NCBI GenBank assembly: GCA_044238145.1
Contig: JBIIDT010000002.1
Coordinates: 15,719-79,718 of the forward strand
Length of the DNA stretch: 64,000 nucleotides
Origin: Pirellulales bacterium
GTDB lineage: Bacteria > Planctomycetota > Planctomycetia > Pirellulales > UBA1268
Reading direction: 5' to 3'
Part shown: piece after piece, positions 56,028 to 64,000 of the stretch
Layout of the letters: every line of letters starts with the position of its first letter
Numbering within the stretch: the stretch's first letter is position 1
The notes under the pieces: generated by a model
Database searches by the model: none
What the model saw: the letters and a program-made list of their open reading frames with translations, nothing else
What the model was told of the DNA's origin: nothing
Position numbers and translations under genes: made by a program

Positions 56028-57805
56028 GCCTCCTGGCCATCCTTCTGCCGGCGGCTGCGATCCTGGCGACGGCGTACGTCACCTACGGCCGCCTCCTCGC
56101 CCGCCTGTTCCGCCTCGACCCCGCCGCGGCCACGCCCGCCGTCACGCTCCGCGACGACGTCGACTACGAGCCGATTCCACCGCAGCTCCTCCTGGGCCAG
56201 CACTTCTCGGCGATCGCGGCCGCGGGGCCGATCGTGGGGCCGATCCTCGCGGGCGTCGCCTTCGGCTGGCTGCCGGCACTGCTCTGGATCCTCGTCGGCA
56301 GCATCTTCATCGGCGGCGTCCACGATTTCTCGGCGCTCGTCGCCTCGGTCCGTCACCAGGCCCGCTCGGTTGCGGAGGTCGTCCGCGACCACATGAGCCG
56401 CCGCAGCTACGTGCTGTTCCTGGCCTTCGTCTGGATCGCGCTGGTGTACATCATCGTGGCCTTCACCGACATCACCGCGGCAAGCTTCGTGGGCCGGCAG
56501 GTGCTCGAGAACGGCGAGAGCGTGTCGGGTGGCGGGATCGCCACGTCGAGCCTGCTGTACCTCGCGTTGCCGATGATCATGGGGGCCTGCATGCGGTTCG
56601 GCCGGATGCCGCTGTGGGTGGCGACGGCGGTCTTCCTGCCGCTGGTGGGCCTGGCCATCTGGGGCGGTCAGAAGATCCCCTTCGACCTTGGCCAGGCACT
56701 CGGCACGAGCGACGCCACCGCGCAGAAGATCTGGGGGGCGTTGCTCCTGGGCTACTGTCTCGTGGCGGCCATGGTGCCGATGTGGCTTTTGCTCCAGCCG
56801 CGGGGGCACCTCGGTGGCTGCTTCCTCTACGTCGCCCTGGCCGGGGCGGCGATCGGCCTGATCGTGAGCGACCGCACGCTGGCCGGTGTGTTCGGCGGCG
56901 ACGCCACGATCCGCTACCCGGCCTTCACCGGCTGGCAGGCGCAGAACGGCCAGAGCCTCGTGCCGATGCTCTTCATCACCATCGCCTGCGGCGCCTGTTC
57001 GGGATTCCACTCGCTCATCGCCTCGGGCACCACGAGCAAGCAGCTGCGGCGGGAGACCGACGCCCGTCCGATCGGCTACGGCACGATGCTCCTCGAGGCG
57101 ATGGTGGCCGTGGTCAGCCTGTGCTGCGTGATGATCCTTGCCGCCGACAGCCCGCTCGTGAAACAGAAGCCGAACTTCATCTACGCCCTGGGCATGGGGC
57201 GATTCCTCGAAATTCTGGGCGTCCCGGCCACGATCGGCGTGTCGTTCGCGCTCATGGCCTTCACCACGTTCGTCTACGACACGCTCGACGTGTGCACGCG
57301 GCTGGGCCGCTACATCGTCCAGGAGCTGACCGGGATGACGGGCCGGGCCGGGGCCTGGCTGGGCACGGGCCTGACCGCGGGCGTGCCGCTCCTCTTCCTG
57401 CTGCGGCCGAATCTCGATGCGAATGGCAATCCGGTGCCCGCATGGCAGGTGTTCTGGAGCCTGTTCGGCGCCAGCAACCAGCTGCTCGCCGCGCTCACGC
57501 TCCTGGGCGTCACCGTCTGGCTGTGGCGGACCCGGCGTGCGGCCTGGGTGTGGCTGGTCACCGGCCTGCCGACGGCCTTCATGTACGTGATGAGCACCTG
57601 GGCCCTGGCCGAGATGACGCTGCCGCGGTTTCTCTCGAGCGCCGGGTTCGCCCTGCCCGCCGATCCCATCCCGTGGGCGGGGCTCGTGCTCCTCGCCCTA
57701 GCGGCCGTGATGCTCGTGGAGGCGATCCGGGCGCTCGCCGCACCGCCCGCGCCGCCGGGCCGCACCCCGGAGCCGACCGCATGGGCCGCCACCGGAGCCG
57801 CGTGA
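56024..57805 (+). CDS. cstA: Carbon starvation protein A family transporter
   Basis: [43 protein letters not shown]. Confidence 0.92.
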   Translation: MSLLAILLPAAAILATAYVTYGRLLARLFRLDPAAATPAVTLRDDVDYEPIPPQLLLGQHFSAIAAAGPIVGPILAGVAFGWLPALLWILVGSIFIGGVHDFSALVASVRHQARSVAEVVRDHMSRRSYVLFLAFVWIALVYIIVAFTDITAASFVGRQVLENGESVSGGGIATSSLLYLALPMIMGACMRFGRMPLWVATAVFLPLVGLAIWGGQKIPFDLGQALGTSDATAQKIWGALLLGYCLVAAMVPMWLLLQPRGHLGGCFLYVALAGAAIGLIVSDRTLAGVFGGDATIRYPAFTGWQAQNGQSLVPMLFITIACGACSGFHSLIASGTTSKQLRRETDARPIGYGTMLLEAMVAVVSLCCVMILAADSPLVKQKPNFIYALGMGRFLEILGVPATIGVSFALMAFTTFVYDTLDVCTRLGRYIVQELTGMTGRAGAWLGTGLTAGVPLLFLLRPNLDANGNPVPAWQVFWSLFGASNQLLAALTLLGVTVWLWRTRRAAWVWLVTGLPTAFMYVMSTWALAEMTLPRFLSSAGFALPADPIPWAGLVLLALAAVMLVEAIRALAAPPAPPGRTPEPTAWAATGAA

Positions 57806-57957
57806 ACCTGCCCACGAAGACGTGTGCCGCCTGCGGCCGTCCGTTCGCGTGGCGGAAGAAGTGGGAGCGATGCTGGGAGCAGGTGCGATACTGCAGCGAC
57901 CGCTGCCGCGGGCACGGGGCGGCGCCGGGAACGGGACGTGACGTCGACCGTGGATGA
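57802..57957 (+). CDS. DUF2256 small zinc-finger-like protein
   Basis: [34 protein letters not shown]; GTGA overlap with cstA. Confidence 0.85.
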   Translation: MNLPTKTCAACGRPFAWRKKWERCWEQVRYCSDRCRGHGAAPGTGRDVDRG

Positions 57958-57979
57958 TCTTCAGGTCGACCCGTGGGCC

Positions 57980-58111
57980 GGGGCTGCCCACGCCCCATCG
58001 CCGGACGTTCGCCCCGGCCCTCCAGGCCGTGGCTCACTGCATGTCCGCTGCGCTTCGCCATCCTGGCTCCGCTTGCTTCCATAGCCCGGCTCCCGGGGCA
58101 CGGGCAGCCCC
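57980..58111 (-). repeat. Structured dispersed repeat family 1, copy D
   Basis: ggggctgccc/gggcagcccc ends; minus strand gccAGGATggc and ggccTGGAGggcc hairpins; closest to copy C. Confidence 0.9.
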
Positions 58112-58165
58112 TCGTACAATCCCCGCAGTGCATGGCCGGACGCATGGCCTTCAGCTGGGAGATGT

Positions 58166-58852
58166 ATGCAATCGCTGACCCGTTCCGAGGTGCGGGAGCT
58201 CGACCGGCGGGCGATCGAGGACTTCGGCCTGCCGGGGATCGTGCTCATGGAGAACGCCGGCCGCGGGGCCGCCGAACTCCTGCACGGGCTCGCCCCACGG
58301 GCGAAGGTCGCGATCGTGTGCGGCAAGGGCAACAATGCCGGCGACGGGTTCGTGATCGCCCGCCACCTGGAGAACCTCGGCCACGCTGTGCGATTACTCC
58401 TGGCCTGCGATCCGGCCGAGCTGCGGGGCGATGCGGCGATCGCCTGGGGCGTGGCGGAGAAGGCGGGTATTCCGGCGACGGCACTGGTGTCCGCCACGCC
58501 CGCGGAGTGGGAGCGGGCGTTCGAGGGTGCCGACTGGATCGTCGATGCGCTGCTCGGCACGGGGGTGACGGGCGAACCGCGCGGCGCGATTGCCGTGGCC
58601 ATCGAGGCCGTGAACGCCGCGGCCCGTGGTGGGGCGAAGGTGTTCGCGGTCGACCTGCCGTCGGGGCTCGACTGCGACACGGGGCAACCGCTCGGGCCGT
58701 GCGTGCGGGCCGACGTGACCGCGACCTTCGTGGCCCGCAAGGTCGGCTTCGACGCGGCGGCCGCGGCGCCGCTGCTCGGAGCCGTCCACGTCGTGGGCAT
58801 CGGCGCGCCGCGGGCGCTGCTGGACAGGATCGAAACCGGCTCCCGAACCTGA
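58166..58852 (+). CDS. nnrE: NAD(P)H-hydrate epimerase (stand-alone YjeF_N)
   Basis: LMENAG, CGKGNNAGDG, VDALLGTG, VDLPSG. Confidence 0.9.
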   Translation: MQSLTRSEVRELDRRAIEDFGLPGIVLMENAGRGAAELLHGLAPRAKVAIVCGKGNNAGDGFVIARHLENLGHAVRLLLACDPAELRGDAAIAWGVAEKAGIPATALVSATPAEWERAFEGADWIVDALLGTGVTGEPRGAIAVAIEAVNAAARGGAKVFAVDLPSGLDCDTGQPLGPCVRADVTATFVARKVGFDAAAAAPLLGAVHVVGIGAPRALLDRIETGSRT

Positions 58853-58865
58853 TGCGAGGTGGACG

Positions 58866-59525
58866 ATGCTCGACTCGTTGCTCGACGCCCAGCGGCTCCT
58901 GATTCGACAGGTCAAGGAGTGGTCGGAGATCCTCATCGGCTACGAAGCCCGCAACCGCTACGAGGTGCAGGATGAGACCGGCCGCGTGGTGGCCCGCGTG
59001 GCCGAGGAGGGATCGGGCCTGGGCCGCTGGCTCGGCCGGCAGTTTCTCGGTGCGGCCCGCCGGGCCACGCTCCACGTGCTCGATGGCGGGGGTGGCGAAA
59101 TTGCCAGGATGGAGAAACCGTTTCGCTGGTACTTCCAGGAGGTCGTTCTTTGGGAAAACGGCCTGCCTGTGGGAAAGGTGGTCCGCCGCTTCAGCCTGTT
59201 CGTCGATCGGTTCGTGATCCTCGCACCGGACGGTCGTGAACTCGTCTTCATCGAGCGCGGCTTCTGGGACCACTTCCGGTTTCGTGGCACGTTCCGGGTG
59301 ACGCGGGACGACCTGGAGGTGGCGAGGATCCGCAAGGAGTGGCGCGGGATCCTGGCCGAGGCGTTCACCGACGCCGACCTGTTCGGCATCGAGTTCGTCA
59401 TGCCCGCCATCCCGCCGGCGGTGAAGAAGCTGCTGTTCGCGGCGACGTTCCTCGTCGACTTCACCTGCTTCGAGAACAATCAGCGCCGCGGAATCGGCAT
59501 CAGCATCGGCACCGATTTCGGCTGA
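58866..59525 (+). CDS. Scramblase/LURP-one (Tubby-like) family protein
   Basis: GYEARNRYEV, IRKEWRG...EAFTDADLFGIEF, KKLLFAATFLVDF. Confidence 0.75.
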   Translation: MLDSLLDAQRLLIRQVKEWSEILIGYEARNRYEVQDETGRVVARVAEEGSGLGRWLGRQFLGAARRATLHVLDGGGGEIARMEKPFRWYFQEVVLWENGLPVGKVVRRFSLFVDRFVILAPDGRELVFIERGFWDHFRFRGTFRVTRDDLEVARIRKEWRGILAEAFTDADLFGIEFVMPAIPPAVKKLLFAATFLVDFTCFENNQRRGIGISIGTDFG

Positions 59526-59745
59526 CTGGCCTCGTTGCCGTCGGCACTCGGCCCGCGGCAACCGCGGCAGCCCACCGAGGCCCGAAAAAAGGGCCTCTAT
59601 CACTGCCGGCGCCCCGTCCTTTCGTCCGTGGCGGCACGCCGTCAATCGGCCTAGGGTTGAGGTGGCTCCCGACCCGGGCCGGCGGCCGATCCCGGCGCGG
59701 CGGCTCGCGTGGGTCAGGCACGGGCAACCGAGGAGCATCGCGAAC

Positions 59746-62700
59746 GTGAGCCGGGCATCGACAACGTGGCGCGGGCTGCTGCTCCTGGCCTGCCTGTCGG
59801 CGGCGGGGCGTGGCGCGGACGGACCACCTTCGTCCGGCCCCGCCGCCGCCTACAAGGAGACGATCCAACCGCTCCTCAAAGCCCGGTGCGTGCGTTGTCA
59901 CGGTCCCAACGAGCCCGAGGGGGGCCTCGACCTGAGCCGGGCAGCGACGCTGCTCCGTGGAGGTGACAGCGGGCCCATCCTCGCCGCCACCACGGCGGAG
60001 AGCCTGTTGTGGCGGCGGGTGCGGGACGGTGAGATGCCCCCCGACCGGCCGCTGGAGGCCGCGGAGCAGGAGGTGATCCGGGGGTGGATCTCGGCCGGCG
60101 CGCCGGGGCTCGCGGCGGCAGCCGCGGCCGGCGGCGGCCACTGGGCCTTCGCCCCGCTGCGCATGCCCGCCGTGCCAGAGGTTCCGGCGGCGGAGGCCAG
60201 CCCACCGGCCTCCGTGCGCACCACCGTCGACGCCCACCTGCAGGCTGCGCTCGCCGCGCGACGGCTCACGTTCGCCCCGGATGCCGATCGGGCCACGCTC
60301 GCCCGACGGGCGGCGTTCGTGCTCACCGGACTGCCGCCCACGCCGGAAGAGGTGGCGGCGTTCGTGGCCGATCCGGCACCGGACGCCTACGAGCGACTCG
60401 TCGACCGCCTCCTCGCGTCGCCTCGATTCGGCGAGCACTGGGGCAAGCACTGGCTCGATGTCGCCGGCTACGCCGACACCAACGGCTACTTCGGCAAGGA
60501 GAGCGAACGGGCCCATGCCTGGCGGTATCGCGACTACGTGGTGGCCTCGATCAACGCCGACAAGCCGTTCGACCGCTTCATCCGCGAGCAACTCGCCGGC
60601 GACGAACTGGCGGCCGTTGAGCGGGACTCCACCGTCACGCCGGAACAGCGCGAACTGCTCGTGGCCACGCATTTTCTCCGCAACGGCCCCGATGGCACCG
60701 ACGACAGCGCCCCCAGCCCCGAAGCGCAGCGGATCGACCGTTACGCGGCCCTCGAGGCGGTCGAGCAGATCGTCTACACCTCGCTGCTCGGGTTGACGAT
60801 CAAGTGCGCACGGTGCCACGACCACAAGTTCGAGCCGCTGACGCAGCGGGAGTACTACGAGGCCCAGTCCATCCTCTATCCGGCGTTCAACCCGGAGCGG
60901 TGGGTCAAGCCGCGGGAGCGCGTGATCCAGGCCGCCACCCGCGACGAACGAACGGCCTGGGAGTCCGAACGGGGCGGCATCCAAGCCCGGCTGGCGGACG
61001 TGCGGGCTGAGCATCGTTCGTGGGTGGCCCGCCATCGTCGCCGCGGCGACGAGATGTTTCGCGACGCTGGTGCGGTGTCGGACGCCACCTGGACGGTCGC
61101 GCCGGCCGATGCGCCGCCGGTGCGGCGCGACGGCGTCGGCCTGCTCCTCGATGCCGCAGGCGAGTCGTGGCTGGCGACGCCACCGCTGGAGTGGATTCAT
61201 CCCGAGGTGGGCGGCGCGGTGGACGTGACGTTCGACCTGCTCTCCGCACCGGGAGACGGCCCGGATGCCGCCACGTTGGGCTACGTTCTGGCCGCGCGGG
61301 ACGTCCGCGGCTGCGAGCCCGGGCCCACGGGCCGCGGAAACATCGTCGTCGAGGGGCGGTCGAAGGGCGGGTCGCGGGTGGGCCGGCTGCGGAACGCGGT
61401 CGCCCCGCAGGAACGTCGCGAACCACTCGGTGACCTCGGCGGCACCTCCCACCGGGCGGGGGGCACGTACGGCGTGCGCGTCACGAACCTCGGAGCCGCG
61501 AAGTGCCGACTCGAGCACCTCGTCGATCACGCGGTCGACGGCCAGCCGCTGGTGCTCGACCATGCCGACCTGCCGTCGGCGCCGTTCGCGCTCCTCCGCG
61601 GGCCGGGCCGCCGCTTCGTGGTGGCCAACGTGCTCGTGGAACGGCACGAGCCGCCGCCGGTCTACCGCGGCGAGTTGCTGTTCGTCGACGACGGCACGCG
61701 ACCGGTGTCGGACTCGTGGAGCGAGGCGGCACCCGGTGACCCGCCCCCCGACCTGGCCGTGCTCCTCGCCGACGCCGTGCCCAACAGGCACTGTGCCGAT
61801 CGCCGGGGAACGCGGCTGCGGATCGTGTCCGGAATGAGCGGCGAGAGTTGGCTGTGCACGAAGCGGCGGTTCGACTGGACGCCCGACGCGGTGGGGCGGT
61901 CGATCCAGGTGTCCTTCCGGCTGGTGGACGACGCGATCGACCTGCCCGGGGCCGGCGGCAGGAGCCGGCGGGCCGACCAGGTGGGATATCACCTGGGGGC
62001 CGGCACCTTCGCGGGTCGGCGGCCCGAGGTGCCGGGCAGCCTGCTCGTGGCCGGCGGGGCGGAGCGGCCGACCCGGGTTTCGCCCGGCTTCCCCGGCGGC
62101 GCGACGGCGGTGTCGCTCGGCGGGCAGCGGCTCGTTCCGGGCAGGCGGTACGGCGTCCGGGTGACGAACGTCGGCGGCGGCGTGTACCGACTGGTCCATC
62201 TCGTCGACGACGTGCCGGATGGCGCACCGCTCGAACTCGCGGCCGCCGACCTGCCCGATGGGGCCTTCGCCTTCGCGTACGGCGCCGGCGGCTCGTTCGT
62301 GGTCGAGGACGTGATCGTGGCCGCGGGCGATCTTGCACCGGGCGACGATCCCGGGGCCGTCGAGCGCGACCACCTGTTCGCGCGGAAGGCCGGGGAGCAT
62401 CGCGTGCTCACGGCCGACCTCGAACGGCGCCTGGCCACGCCCCCCGGGATCGAGGTCGCGTGGGTGAGCGACGGCTCGGCGCAGCCGCCGCGGGTATTTC
62501 TCCTGCGGCGCGGCCTGTATGGCGACCACGGCGAGGAGGTCGCGCCCGCGGGCCTGGCGGTGCTGAGTGATCCAGACAACCCGTTCCAGGTCGTGCCGCC
62601 CGCGGACGGCACGTCGACGGGCCGGCGGCTGGCGCTGGCCGAGTGGATGCTCAGGCCCGGGTCGCGACCGATGGCGCTGGTGGCCCGGGTCCGGGCCAAC

Positions 62701-63498
62701 TGGGTCTGGCTGCACTGCTTCGGCGTCGGCCTGACGACGTCGGCGGAGAACTTCGGCCTGAGCGGGGTGGAGCCATCGCATCCGGCACTGCTGGAGTTCC
62801 TCGCGGCTGAACTGGTGCGATCGGGCTGGAGCCTCAAGCATGTGCTGCGGCTGGTGGTCCGATCGACGGCTTTCCGGCAGGCGAGCGATCCGCACCCGGC
62901 GGGGCTGGCTGCGGACCCCGGCAACCGCCTCCTATGGCGGTTCCCGCTGCAGCGGCTCGACGCGGAGTCGATCCGTGACGCGATGCTGGCCGTCGGCGGT
63001 GATCTCGACGACTCGATCGGTGGTCCGCCCGTGCCGCTCGAGGGCATGGACGGCCACGGAGCCACGGGCGAGGTGGAGCCCCGCACGGCGTCGGGTGCGC
63101 AGCGGCGGACGCTCTACGTGCAGCGGCGGAGGAACGTGCTCCCGACCTTCCTCCAGGTGTTCGACCTTCCCGGGATCACGGCCACGTGCACCGACCGGCC
63201 CTCCTCGACGGTGCCCCTGCAGTCGCTCGCCCAGCTCAATTCGCGGTTCGCCAGGGAACGCGCCGCGGCCCTGGCCGACAGGCTGCTCGGCGCGGCCGGC
63301 GACGACGAGGGCCGCGTCCGGCTGGCATTCACCCTGTGCACCGGACGCGAGCCGTGCCCTGCCGAGCGATCCGCCGCGGTGGCGTTTCTCGGCGAACAGC
63401 GGGAGATCCATGCCCCTGCGGCCGACGCCCCGCGGCGGGCGCTGGTCGACCTGTGCCAGATCATGTTCGCCAGCAACGCCTTCCTGTACATCGACTAG
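59746..63498 (+). CDS. Planctomycete cytochrome c + DUF1549 + DUF1553 (PSD1) protein with duplicated central domain
   Basis: [59 protein letters not shown]; start approximate. Confidence 0.9.
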   Translation: MSRASTTWRGLLLLACLSAAGRGADGPPSSGPAAAYKETIQPLLKARCVRCHGPNEPEGGLDLSRAATLLRGGDSGPILAATTAESLLWRRVRDGEMPPDRPLEAAEQEVIRGWISAGAPGLAAAAAAGGGHWAFAPLRMPAVPEVPAAEASPPASVRTTVDAHLQAALAARRLTFAPDADRATLARRAAFVLTGLPPTPEEVAAFVADPAPDAYERLVDRLLASPRFGEHWGKHWLDVAGYADTNGYFGKESERAHAWRYRDYVVASINADKPFDRFIREQLAGDELAAVERDSTVTPEQRELLVATHFLRNGPDGTDDSAPSPEAQRIDRYAALEAVEQIVYTSLLGLTIKCARCHDHKFEPLTQREYYEAQSILYPAFNPERWVKPRERVIQAATRDERTAWESERGGIQARLADVRAEHRSWVARHRRRGDEMFRDAGAVSDATWTVAPADAPPVRRDGVGLLLDAAGESWLATPPLEWIHPEVGGAVDVTFDLLSAPGDGPDAATLGYVLAARDVRGCEPGPTGRGNIVVEGRSKGGSRVGRLRNAVAPQERREPLGDLGGTSHRAGGTYGVRVTNLGAAKCRLEHLVDHAVDGQPLVLDHADLPSAPFALLRGPGRRFVVANVLVERHEPPPVYRGELLFVDDGTRPVSDSWSEAAPGDPPPDLAVLLADAVPNRHCADRRGTRLRIVSGMSGESWLCTKRRFDWTPDAVGRSIQVSFRLVDDAIDLPGAGGRSRRADQVGYHLGAGTFAGRRPEVPGSLLVAGGAERPTRVSPGFPGGATAVSLGGQRLVPGRRYGVRVTNVGGGVYRLVHLVDDVPDGAPLELAAADLPDGAFAFAYGAGGSFVVEDVIVAAGDLAPGDDPGAVERDHLFARKAGEHRVLTADLERRLATPPGIEVAWVSDGSAQPPRVFLLRRGLYGDHGEEVAPAGLAVLSDPDNPFQVVPPADGTSTGRRLALAEWMLRPGSRPMALVARVRANWVWLHCFGVGLTTSAENFGLSGVEPSHPALLEFLAAELVRSGWSLKHVLRLVVRSTAFRQASDPHPAGLAADPGNRLLWRFPLQRLDAESIRDAMLAVGGDLDDSIGGPPVPLEGMDGHGATGEVEPRTASGAQRRTLYVQRRRNVLPTFLQVFDLPGITATCTDRPSSTVPLQSLAQLNSRFARERAAALADRLLGAAGDDEGRVRLAFTLCTGREPCPAERSAAVAFLGEQREIHAPAADAPRRALVDLCQIMFASNAFLYID

Positions 63499-63508
63499 GG
63501 CCATCGCC

Positions 63509-64000
63509 ATGAGACATCCCACCCGTGAGCTGAACATCGACGCGGCGGTCCGCGACCGATTGCACCGCCGCACCTTCCTCGGACGGTCGGCCATGGGCAT
63601 CACAGGCCTGTTGGCCGCCGCCGACCTGCTGCGCTCGGAGCAGGCCGTGGCGACGGCTGCGACGGCCGGCACCATTCAGCCGACCCCGCGTGCGACCCGC
63701 GTGATCTGCCTGTTCCAGAACGGCGGGCCGAGCCAGATGGACCTCTTCGACCCGAAGCCCGAGCTCAATCGGCTTCACGGACAGAAGTACACGGGGCCGT
63801 CCAAGGTGGACGCGATCATGAACCGCCCGGGGGCGATCCTGGGCTCGCCATTCAGTTTCCGCAGGCACGGCGAGTCGGGCATCGAACTCTCCGAGTGCCT
63901 GCCGCACACCGCGACCATCGCCGACGAGATCACCCTCGTGCGGTCGATGCAGGCCGACACGCCGTGCCACGAGGCGGCCCTGCGGCTCTGGGGAGGCGGA
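63509..64000 (+). CDS. DUF1501 protein (Tat-like signal), truncated by window end
   Basis: RRTFL motif, RVICLFQNGGPSQMDLFDPKPEL; usual partner of DUF1549/1553. Confidence 0.88.
   Translation, partial: MRHPTRELNIDAAVRDRLHRRTFLGRSAMGITGLLAAADLLRSEQAVATAATAGTIQPTPRATRVICLFQNGGPSQMDLFDPKPELNRLHGQKYTGPSKVDAIMNRPGAILGSPFSFRRHGESGIELSECLPHTATIADEITLVRSMQADTPCHEAALRLWGGG

Overview
Very GC-rich bacterial DNA from a planctomycete (inferred from DUF1559, DUF1549/DUF1553 PSD1, DUF1501, a LExRxxLS-leader subtilase and planctomycete-type EF-Tu). The core is the tRNA(Thr,Tyr,Gly,Thr)-tuf-tRNA(Trp)-secE-nusG-rplKAJL-rpoBC cluster. Around it lie housekeeping genes (purU, polX, uvrD/pcrA, holB, tmk, mutY, carA, trxB, cstA, nnrE) and lineage-specific genes. 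The strongest unexplained signal is a possible CsrA-centred RNA regulatory system. (i) Four dispersed copies of a ~135-nt structured repeat each carry two small hairpins whose stems co-vary while the loops keep GGA (CAGGATG/CATGGATG/CTGGAGG), as in CsrB/RsmZ sponges. (ii) A csrA gene sits among three DUF2294/MpsC paralogues and a receiver-PP2C phosphatase. (iii) That operon is preceded by a promoter and a ~170-nt structured leader with two ACGGAA sites, an anti-site and an intrinsic terminator. A second structured repeat (2 copies), a degenerate WYL/YbjN/ECF locus and an operon with a stand-alone RNAP alpha-CTD, arrestin-like domains and an ATPase also deserve follow-up. All family calls come from recognising motifs by eye; no searches were run.
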